Under the pieces are notes generated by a model. The model was not told the DNA's origin. It did not search any database and saw only the letters and a program-made list of their open reading frames with translations. The position numbers and the translations under genes were made by a program. A stretch of 64,000 nt of DNA from Balanoglossus misakiensis (Eukaryota; Animalia; Hemichordata). The stretch is from NCBI GenBank assembly GCA_040954595.2, contig CM082586.2, positions 7,533,337-7,597,336 of the forward strand, written 5' to 3'. This document shows positions 12,699 through 23,937 of this stretch, one piece after another; position 1 is the stretch's first letter; each line of letters begins with the position of its first letter.

Positions 12699-15600
12699 CT
12701 ATTGATCTTCAAAGATTAGTTCACTTTCGGCATCTCCGCATGTCTCAAGAAACGTCTGAAACTCACGGAATGCTGCAAGAGACAAACAAAGTGATACATA
12801 ACTTTATTGGTGAGTTAATGTAAACAACAACAACAACAACAACGTCGAGAATGATAGATAGCGTTCTGTAAGAAAGCTGCAAGTTGCCTGAATCCTTTGT
12901 ACTCTGCGTGTGAAAGTGGCCCAGGAAACTTTTATCTGCTCTTCAACTGTTTATTCTGTAGTTTCATTGAATGGTTTCACGTCTTCAACATAAAGAAATT
13001 AGTTTTTTTCAGCAGCACAAAACACCGGCCCACACCAACCTCTATGTCTGCTGATATTCCGTCGATGCACCAAACCTTCTTCCCACGTGATTGGTTCAGG
13101 TTGGTCTTCTCGATCTGAGACAAAACAAACCATATGAATGAGTACCACGTGATAGATATCACGAGATAAATTATCCGACTTTTCGAGCATATCTCCCAAA
13201 GAATATTCACGTTGATATTGTAGTCAAAAAGTTAACTTTTCAGAGTCGGTGAACTTTAACAACGCACATAGAAGACCCACATAGGTTTGTGGTGTGCCAA
13301 TAGGCATTACATTAATAAGCGATTTATTGGCAGAGTGATGCGATGCCCTTCTGCGTTATTTGGTTCCCCTTCTACCTTTAAGGGCTAATTCTATCGACTG
13401 TGCCAAATTTCTCCCTTCTAACAACTCTGCCTAATACCCCACTAGTTTCCGCTACTTTCATTGAGTATTGGGGCTTTGAAGACACGACCCAATATTTGTT
13501 GCACTTGTTCTGAGAGTGCAATAAGTCAACGTGGGATTAAATGATTTATGGCCATCCTTCAGTTTCAAAGACAAATTTGAGGTCCAATTCCACGTCATCA
13601 TATACCCAATTATCAATGTTAATATGTAGGTACAAACTTTCTTTTAGAGAGAGGGAAAATCTTGTACTTTTAAAGGAAATGCCACCCGAAATAGGCTACC
13701 AGTGGAAACGACTAAAGTATACTCACACTTGTAGTTTAACACGTGATGAACCACAATATGTTTTCTCATTAATTGTTCTTTCCAGCCATTGTCTTGTTTA
13801 TAAGGCACAACGTGTACGAAAGATACAGACAGATTATTCTCCTCGTCAAACCGCAATAAGAATGTACCAGGCGTGTCAAGATGAAGCAATTCTTCGGCTT
13901 CTTTTCTTTCCATTTTTCCATGAAAATACCTGTCCACAAAATACATTATGTGTAAATTTACTTTGGGTAACTTCCATCAGAACTGCTCGTAAAGTTAGCA
14001 GTATTGCGGGGAAATATTGGCTGGGCTGGGAAGTACATAGACAAGCAGAGAGAATCTAAAGATGATGGACGGACGCCGGAGAGAGACGGACAGACAGCCA
14101 TGCCAACCAGGCAAAACATGCAATATACAGGTACATTTTTCTTATGTCAGCGTTCACCCCCCCCCCCCCTTATGGTCCACCCGACGCATTTAGCCATTCA
14201 TGTCAACTATAGGCACACGTGTACTCTTTCTGCACTATTCTAGCAGACTAAAACGGGAACGTGTGCAGAAAAATGATGTCTCTTTAATATCAACATGTAA
14301 AGACAGAATGCAGTACGTGTACTCACTTGCTCATTTCTGCAGCCTACAAAGAAAAACAATATGAACTGTTCAGTTAGTATATTGCATACAGTCTAACAAA
14401 GAACAACGTCTGAAAGTTTTACCTGTTGTTGAAGAAAGGGGCACGTAATCACAATGCTGTTTTGTCTGTTAATAGAAATGAGGCTGTAGCTACGCTGTAC
14501 ATGATGCATACATTTTATTTTAACAATAACGTAATCTTCAACTTACAAGGTTGATCCACTTCCTGACCTTTGACCTGACCCACGTCCACCTATCAGTCTT
14601 TGGTTCTGGATCCCAATCTGGGTGCATTATCTCTAAAGGAGGATCAATACCATTGCTTTCTGCTTTTCCACTTTTACTTCCTTCCAAGCCGATTTTCCTT
14701 TCTTTTCGTCGTCGTCGCTTTTGATGACTTTGTTTTTGTTGTTGTTCTTGGTTTTGTTCATCTTGTTGTTGTTGTTGTTGTTGTTGCTGTTTGAATGGGG
14801 CGTGGAGATGAGACAGTCTTCTTTGCAAGGCGACGTAATCAGTTATTGAACGGCCATTTCCAATCAGCAGCTTATCGCTAGCGGCGTACACGTAGTTTGC
14901 ATTCGTTAATTCTACAAACGTTCCAAACTGCTTCAAGGTTACTGTGTCTCCTGAATGAAAATAGAAATAGATGCAGCTGAGATATGCCGGCAGACTGTGT
15001 TAGTTTAACTTTGTGATGTGTTGCATGATGATGATGGTGGGGTGATGGTGGTGGTGGTGGTGGTGGTGGTGGTGATGGTGGTGGTGGTGATTGAGAGTAT
15101 TTAAAATATTTAAGCTAGCCATCTTTTGTTGAAGTTGATTTGTTGTCGGAAAGCGAAAGAGGATGAACACTTTTTGATGAAAAATTACAAAAGAACTTGT
15201 CGACAACTAAGATATTTCAACATATTGATATCATACTCCATTCAGATGAAAGAATGGCATTTAATAAAGATTTCTCTACCTCCAAAGAACAACTTGAAGT
15301 TTTCAACTGTGCAGGGCATAGGACCTCCATAGATTTCTGTCATTTTACTGTGAAATGAGTCGATATTCACCTTGACCAGAAAAGATAAAAAGAAAACACT
15401 GTTTACATCATTTCATCTAAATGTTTACTCCGGTATTTGCGAGATCTTCAATATTTCCAAGAAGTCACGTACTGTACCGGAAGAGAAATTCTTTACTTAG
15501 ACATTTATTATGTTTCAAACCGCATCTGAAAGATTATTTTCTTGCAGACCATAACGACATAATTAACGACCATTTCCACATATCCCTTTTCACGTGTTCA

Positions 15601-17558
15601 TGTTATAAATTTGAAAACACATATATTCATAGACCAACATCTCTGGTTGTTCTGGACTCTTTACATCACACTTTTCCTGGCCAAACAAATTAAACATAAC
15701 CAAGAACATAACCAAGAGCCCGAGAAAGTTTACTTTCTGGATCGAGACAGGAATGTTTCGGTATCAACGATCAAATCTCAGCTTCACTGCTCAATGGCAG
15801 TTAATTTTGTGTAAAAATGTGATATCGATCAAAATTAATATCGACCAACTGTATAAGTTCCAGTGTAATATATCCCGCCCATCGTGCGGATACCAATCTG
15901 CTTACAAATACATACCTCGGTACTTTTACCATAACACTGTTGCCATAAGATCTTTGCTGTAAGGAAAATAAGAAGATACATGTATATGATCTACAACCTT
16001 ATTTGAGCCAAAATACACTCGAATTTAGTCCTTTACCTCTGTCTTGGCAGGTGTAGCATGCTGGGTTCGCTTACCCATTCCGGACACCTGGTACCGCGAC
16101 AACCCTATAATAATTGCCATTTTATCAAATTTGTTTCTTGGATCTGGTAATTCATGTAGCTAAGTAATGTTGCAGATAAGATTGTCTCATAAATTTTCAT
16201 TGTATTCTGATTAAAATAAGACGGACATTTTGTGATCACAGAAATATCGATTAGTTTCTGAAAATTTATCTTTAGAATTAATCACCACTTGACTCCATTA
16301 ACTCACCATCTTCATTTTTTATTTCTCTGCGTGCTTCCTTGACGATGGCATCCTTGTAAACCAGTCTGTACAGTTCCTGTGTCAAATGATCACGTGGTAC
16401 AGTCAGTAAAAATGTCAGACAAGATTATTAATAATTCCGGAGGTACCTTGGATAGTGAGGTTTAATTTGTTTCTTCAAAATTGTTGAAACCAAATTTTCT
16501 ATTCCAGGATTGACAAAACTTAGAAACAAACTTTTTTCTCACTCTTTTGTCGAGATTGGCATACGCACTATGTAAGAAAAGAGACGTCTCATATTAAAGA
16601 GTGGTGTCGTCTGAACTACGCATGTGCGACTTTGTTTTTATAGACAAAGCATCCTCACTGTTACCCCTGTTCAGGGAGACCATGTTAACCAATATATGTT
16701 CTATCAAAAAAAAACTTGGAATGTGATAAAAAGTAACACTGACCTTTCTCAGCTGAGTGAATTGCTGTATCTTTTCTTGCAACTCGATGCTTCTACCAGA
16801 CATAAAGTCACCAACCATGTCTGTGTCGTTCATTCCAACACCGAATATCAGGCGCCCTAATTCTTCCGTCTTCAATCTCAGTGTCCGCAGTTTGGATTGT
16901 ATGACTGTGGGGCGAAATAATCAAAACCAACTTTGTTTCCAAATTTGCTATTAGACCCCTATGCAGATAACCGAACCAATGAGACGATAGTTTACTTTGA
17001 CAATGAATCACTGAATGTCTACTTCATGTGATCATGTGCGTATCCGCGGTTATTGGTGTTGCCGACGTCATTTGTTATGATCATTATGACGTAATATCAA
17101 TACTAAGTACAAGTACACGGCATATTCTCGTATCAATGGGGCTCGGGGTATCTTGAACGCCACCGGTTACTTATCCGAACAGGTACATGTACTGTGCCAC
17201 CTTTGATCAGTAGATCAGTAGAGCTGTTTGGCACGTCGATGAAAAGCTTAGACGAAGTTATCTTTCACGTCCTTCCTTCACACAACAACCTCATGGCAGT
17301 ACCAGTTTGAATCGAAAAAGTGAAAACTTAATAGTGAAACCCTATCCAACATAACAGTTTGCAATGAAACCAACGTCGATCATATAATTGACGGTGGGAG
17401 ATCTATTTACACTATACATCAAGATCAAAGCATGATGGCCTGGTGGTCAGACGCAGAAAAGCGTGACACTGGGATCACCAGACACCATACTCACCTGGAG
17501 TTAAATCGGAGTCAGAGATTTCGTTGAAATCTTCAAATAAAACCCCCAGGGCCGACAT
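12699..17558 (-). CDS. Uncharacterised SH2 protein with Cbl-TKB/SHK-like architecture (helical region + EF-hand-like + SH2), poly-Q/basic insert, ~409 aa, 11 exons
   Basis: GT-AG exons (minus): 17558-17495, 16904-16744, 16376-16307, 16104-16075, 15956-15916, 15370-15280, 14950-14547, 14343-14327, 13929-13727, 13114-13040, 12772-12699 (TAG). They total 1230 nt and all phases are compatible. SH2 motif: YFHGKMERKEAEELL...PGTFLLRFD...LSVSFV. EF-like segments: AKILWQQCYGKSTEVNIDSF and [15 protein letters not shown]. An upstream in-frame ATG at 17678 is an alternative start. Confidence 0.8.
15026..15090. repeat. (GAT)n/(GTG)n trinucleotide microsatellite in an intron of the SH2 gene
   Basis: atgatgatgatggtggggtgatggtggtggtgg... 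is directly visible and explains the poly-His ORF at 15000-15206. Confidence 0.9.
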
Positions 17559-19289
17559 GCTGCTCTCAAGCCTTATACTTCGTGGCGGAAGTTGTACTTT
17601 TAGCATCTTGTACAGATTGTACAAGGAATATAACATTTTCAAGTACGACTTGGAGATTCTGCGGCTTGTGTCCGACATATTGGTGGTTGTCGCGAAGCTT
17701 TGAAAATCTTTCTAGTAGGTACAGTGGTGTCCGTCGTCTCTCAGTATCGTGTACTCTTATACATTCCAGAGTACCTGTACGTATATGTCGAAACTACTAG
17801 TATATACACGCGCTGACAAGGTCTTCTGCAAGTGACACTGTCAGCCCAGTTGTGTAAATCCTACTGTTACCTGCACGGTGGACCAACACTTCTCAGGAAC
17901 TGGGGAAAATGAGACTCGCCAGGTAAATTTGTTTAGGTTGGACGGAGTGAGTCCAAACACTGTAGTATTTACCCCTATATGACTTCTACCTTAGAGCTGA
18001 TGGGAAAAGCTATAGAGAGATTATACGGTCGATACGCACAGCCTTTGTCAGGTCCATAGCCTCAACAGGAGAATGTCCAGTTATTGTGTACCCATCAATG
18101 CAAACAGAAGAAACTATTGAGCGTTTAGACACTGGCCGTGTGTTGCTAAGGACTTAACGATCTGTGTCAATGCTTTTGTCATACACACAATGCATTCCAA
18201 ATAAACTTAGACAGGGAAAGCCATGCCCGGAACTTAATAATAATACAAGTCAGAGAAGTTCAAATAAGCGTCCATTAGACCCTCAACTTCGGCATGTTCG
18301 GGGTTAGGGGTGGCGCACATAATCTGGTCATTTTTTAGTAGGGAAGCAAACATCATATAATTAAAATAAGCAGGTGCCACATTTTTCCATCACTCGCCAT
18401 ATTTTACCTATGGCCGCATATGATGTATCTATGGTGATGTATCCATGGTGATGTAGGGGTACTCTGCGGTAGTATACAGCCTATCACTTTCCTTTAGTTT
18501 GAATACGAATCTCAGTCAATTCAACGACTCACGCTTTTACTGCCAGTTGTTCTAAATGATATCAATGTATGAGTCATCCAATCCAATCACTGTCACTTTG
18601 TATCTTTCTTCATCAACATATTTAAATGTTACCCGTCACCATCACTCAGCACCTCCGTTACCATGCCAACAACCCATTGCCCCCACCGCCTTCTCACGCC
18701 TCTAGTGATGACCACTGAGAATGTGCGAAATATCACTTTTCGTTTATACTTATTATTATTCCGTACTTCCAAAGGTTCTGAAAATAAACTGTTACTCAAA
18801 AGAGCGCCTCACTACATGTATAGCCAATCGTATTTAGCCTATTCGGGCATTTTGCCAAACGGCTCGTCCAAAGTTGTCCCAACAGAAGTTCGATTCTGAT
18901 TATGTCAACGGATGGTGAGTAGTACATGTAATCACAATCTCACAAGGTAGACCAGGCTAATTCATTGACCTCATAACGATTTAACATTCTCGCGAGCCAG
19001 AGTCATCTCCTGGCAACTCAGATCGCGGTTTTACGACGATGGAATTTAATGAAATTATCATAACTATTGGACAATTGTCCTCCATGTTACTACAGAATGT
19101 TCCTGATTTATATTTCAACTTTTTAACGATTCTTAATACTGCATACTATAAGACACTTTAGCCACTTTCAATTTTGATTGATTGAATGATTGAGTCCAGT
19201 TTATTGAAATGTCTTTTCATGGTTTTGCTTTTCTTTTTCTTTCTTCGATACAAAACAACATATTTCCACACAAAAACATTCAACATAAC

Positions 19290-19339
19290 CACAGGTCGCA
19301 CCATAGTTGAGAGCGCTCTTAACTACGGTGCGACCTGTG
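19290..19339. repeat. 50-bp near-perfect palindrome
   Basis: cacaggtcgcaccatagttgagagc|gctcttaactacggtgcgacctgtg: 25-bp arms with 2 mismatches, flanked by direct repeats of cattcaacataacc. Confidence 0.9.
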
Positions 19340-21909
19340 AACATAACTGACCATTCAACATAACCGTTATATCAATATTATCTGTACCTTATCATTCATT
19401 GCAGAAACGATTACCTTATTTTCTTACATTTCTTTGCACTGAGCAATACATTAAAACAATCTCCAGGAAATAGTAATAAATGTGTCCTATATAAATCAGA
19501 TTAAATTTTTTTGATGCATTATTAAACTTTTAAACATCAGTTACGTGGGAGCGAATTACTCGTGTGTGTTGGAATTTGTGTGGTGGTAAGGTAGTGTGAG
19601 GGCGCTCTTGTCAGTTGGGAGTCATTGCAGAAATTTACTATGCATTGGATGCATCATCAAGTCAGACATGCAGAATCTTTTGCCCCATATTAAACAGCAA
19701 CGCTGTTCTGCATTAAATTGATATTGATCCGAATTTCTGAAAATGAAAGAATGGAGACAAAAATTAATTTTCTGAATGCCACACTTGCAGTTGGCCACAC
19801 AAGTAGAATGTGTGTGTCTGATGAAATTATGATTGATGTAAAATCAAATTTTGCAAAATAGAGTTAATCAAATAAAAGGTTGATATTATTACCCATGTTG
19901 TTGTGAAAGCATCATGCTTTTTCTAAATTCAGTAATATTCCGTCACTAACAGAAAAGGTAGCTTTGGCCAATCGAAATTAATTTAACAATATATGAAAAT
20001 GTAACATTTTTTTTCTCACTTATTTTAATTTAATGCATAGTAATAAATATCTGTAATTGTATGATGGCAAACCCAACTGATTTGCCTCAATTTTGTATTG
20101 CAATGGAATGCTTGGCAAACGCCCTTGGATATATTCCCTTATAGGTCAAGGTCATTGTGAATCTATGGCGGAGGTCAGTGAGGAGTGGGGGTCAATGTGA
20201 AGTTTAAGGTCAATATAGGTCAGTGTTTGTGAAGTAGACGATATTGAATTTTCAAGGATATTTCAGGGTTGGTTAAATTCACAGGATTGATTAATTATGG
20301 CAGAATATCGTCATCCGATTTGATATTAAACAGAGTCGAGTGTTTTCTGTGGAGCCTAGATTGAGTAGACTCGCCTGAAAGGTTGGTTTATCAAGGCCGA
20401 AAAATTCCACGCAGTCTGTTCACATAGTTTCCTGTGGGATTGCTTTGAAATCATCAGTAATTCAACAGAGTGACTGGACCTGTCTTATCGCTTATCATAA
20501 ATCATGCTGTTTTACAACTTTATACAGGCAAGGTTAGAGCTGTGTCAGCATCCAGTAATGTCTTTAATAAAAATAAACAATTTGTCAAACTCTGCCTGTA
20601 ATTGTGTCTGGGGTGTTATAATTACACAAACAATATGTCTAGTTATTTAGTGAAATCAAAAATAATATATTTCTAAAATAGAATGTTGTTTTTTGATGTA
20701 GCAGTGATATTGTGTCAAGGTTGTTGTTCTTGACAAACTGACACTAAGATTCACCATTTTCAGAAGAAAAAAAATTACCTGAATATCTGCCCTTTTTAAA
20801 GTACTTGAAATGTTATATCGACATGATTCAGAAATTAAATTAAAATTTTATTAATAGGACATTGTTTATTACTATTTAAAACGAAATATAATTATGTCAA
20901 GATTTTTGTGTGATCAAGTAAAAAAATAATAAAATAATACTCCTGATTATCATTCCACCATATTTGGAAATATTTGAAACCCATGGCATGTGCCAGGCAA
21001 GCTTGATTTCGTACAATTTTGTAAAATTTATAAAACATATTCTTGTTTTATGCACTACCAGTAAAGATTCTCAATGCATCATAAATGTCACTACATGAAA
21101 TTAAGATGTCAGTTGTTGATTTATATACTCATGTACATGCATATTTTTCAGTACAGTGAACATAGAACATATTTGTATGCATCTCAGAAATCACGTTCTT
21201 ACATTTTTTCGCATTTTTTGCTTGGGGCAACTCTAGATTATTCTCTCTTAAAAATTTAGATTAAAAATTGAGGGTCACCATGCAAAACTCTGAAATTTGA
21301 AATTCAATGCACAGAGCCTACAGCAGCTGTATTGGCTAGACATTGATAAGACTGAAAGATTCAGACATGTTCTGGTGAACAGCTACCTTCAACCTTTATT
21401 ACGGCTGATGGTCGCGTGGCACCTTGTGTCACAACTGAATCTTTCAGTCAAGACACTGGCAGGCACGTTTTATGCATGTTGTGCTTTCTCTGTCTTTGCT
21501 TAGATTGATTCTTTAGAATCAATCACGTGATCTGGCCATGTGACCCACGGCGTTGTCATTTCCAGATGACGAGCAAGCAATATTTCGACATCCAGTAAAA
21601 GTATTTCCGAGTATGTTTTTACTTTAGAACTGCCAGACACGTAACATGTATCATGTATTAGACTATATGGTACCTTATCAGACTCATAGCAATTCATCTG
21701 CATAGTCTTTGTCTTGACCACGTTGTTGAAGTTGCCCGTCAGCTGGAAATTTGAATGCCAACGTAACTGCCGTCCGAGCGCGTCTGACGTCATTTGATAT
21801 CGAAGAATTGCAAAATGTGTAGTGTCAAGCATGTATGTCTGAATAGAGCTGTGGGATGGGCAGGTGCATAGACCTCAATCAAAAGAATCCCTCCAGTATT
21901 CACAGGGGC

Positions 21910-22003
21910 TTAACCCTTTCACCCCCAGTTCCCTCTTTAGAGGTCCAACATTCCCATAGAAAACAATTGATTTGGACTGGACCATAGTGGTGAAAGGGGT
22001 TAA
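21910..22003. mobile_element. ~90-bp piggyBac-like MITE (TTAA TSD, CCCTTTCACC TIR), copy 1 of 5
   Basis: ttaa-ccctttcacc...ggtgaaagggg-ttaa. Related copies lie at 52819, 55395, 55893 and 56868. Confidence 0.8.
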
Positions 22004-23937
22004 AAGACACTCAATATACATATTCCAAGGTGTATACTAAATCTCATTTACTTTATTTTTGAACATATCATTTACCCAAGCCACATCAAAGGACAGTATT
22101 AATAGCTGTTAAAATAAAACTTACTTTGTAAGTAGCACATTCAGTACAACTTGTAAAGTTATGATCACAGTGATTGACATTTCAATAATATTTTTGTGAT
22201 AAACAAAAAAATGTTCTGTATTTAAAATGCCACATTACGTAAATACCGAAGTTAAACAAATATGACATTAAATAAAGTTCAATTTCTGGCTGGTTAAACT
22301 TATGTGACTGAGGCCAAAGAGAAACTTTAAATTGTCTCATTTATTCGTCAAATTTTAAATTTTTATCCCCCCTTAGAAAATGTGTAATTTTAATTAGTTT
22401 CAATTTCAGTTCTGTTCCATAGCAACTGTTAATCCCATGTATTTAGACAGTTTTCAGAAATAGATTTGTATTTTCCAGGATTCAAACCCAAACCTACTGC
22501 ACTAATTCACATACTGTAGCAAACAAGTCCACGCACTAAACCACAGCAAAAATCGACATTATTACGAGAGTGTATTGCTTCTTTCCCTTTAACTTAAAAC
22601 ACTTGAACAATCGATCTGTTGTTCCATTATGAATAAAAAAAATTAGTAGGAAACCATGTTTTGTGTTTGTTTTATCTCTCTAATAATTAGGCTTTCAGCC
22701 TCAATACCACAGCTGCCAAAATTCTCAAGACCAATGTTTAAACCCTGGTGTAACTAGTGCAATCAAGGCCGATTGTTAACCCAAAACAAGAAGGTCAAAA
22801 AATGACCATTTCAGTTACAGTGTCACCTAATAATTATTTTGAGTTCCTGAAAACTTGACTTGGCCCTATCAGATAATGTAAATGCCATTATTTAGAGAAT
22901 AATGCCATATGGTCTCACATGCTGCACAGCCTTTAATGTTAACATCACAAAACCATCATAGAATGCAGCTTGCTTTTAGCACAAAAGTAAAACACATAGA
23001 CATGACAAATTTGTCACTTTGAACATGATAAAGAAAAAAATACACATACAAAGGTTATGAATACGCATACTTCACAAGAATTCAGAGCCAATTTCTCTAT
23101 TGAAATCAATTGGAATTTTTGTCTTTAATGATAGTGTGTTCTCTAATAGAAATGCCCACATGATATTTCCTGCAAGATCAAAGATTTTTTTCCTGAAAGT
23201 ATATAAACTACATCTGATATTTAAAAAAATGACTACATGAGGTCTGGAAAAATTGTCCGACCACATTTATATATAATATTTGTTGTTAAAGAATATATAA
23301 CATTTCATAACTTGGACATTATTAACAATTAGGTATTAGAGTTCAAATTTAGACTTCTTGCTTCAATTATGTGGGTTTTTTCTCCTTTACAGGGAACAGG
23401 TACCATCAAGTCAAACAACCTGCAGTTGACAAGCAGTCTGGTATTTCCCATATTACACAACATTCCACGATATGCAATATCAGATAAGGAGAGTATAAAG
23501 CAATTGTAAATTTGAAAACTTGTATTGATAACTGCCAAAACTTGTAAAAGCTTAGTGGAAGCTATATATGAAAAAATTATTCTACAGAAGACTTGAGTAA
23601 TATCAAAGTTAGTCAGTGACAGACAGGAAAAGGCTGTTTTATGTACACTAACATGGAGCAGATGTACAAAAGATTTCTGCAGATTTCATAAAATAAGAGT
23701 CTGGTGGATTTAGATTTTGATTTGCATCATTTGAAAACGCTCATGGACATTATAGAGCTGGTCTGAAATTTCACTGAGATAGTTATTTCATGCAAGCATT
23801 TGTCATTTTAATGCCCCAGCAACGCACTGTATGGACCGTGAGGGCGCTGTTGCATGTCACAGAACAGCTTGAGGAAATCCAACATGGAGGACGTCAACAA
23901 CTGGACGTGTTCTTTGGCGCTGACGAACGAATCAAGT

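Noticed and set aside
13040-13114. Alternative phase-0 reading of SH2-gene exon 10 (IEKTNLNQSRGKKVWCIDG...)
   Set aside because: The strong upstream donor (T|GTGAGT, 13727) is phase 1, and the phase-1 path gives an alphaB-like AFREFQTFLE in the last exon. Phase 0 would need a weak donor.
13541-14059. 172-aa plus-strand ORF
   Set aside because: Antisense shadow of the SH2 exon, with no recognisable motif.
15000-15206. Poly-His ORF
   Set aside because: Intronic (GTG)n microsatellite.
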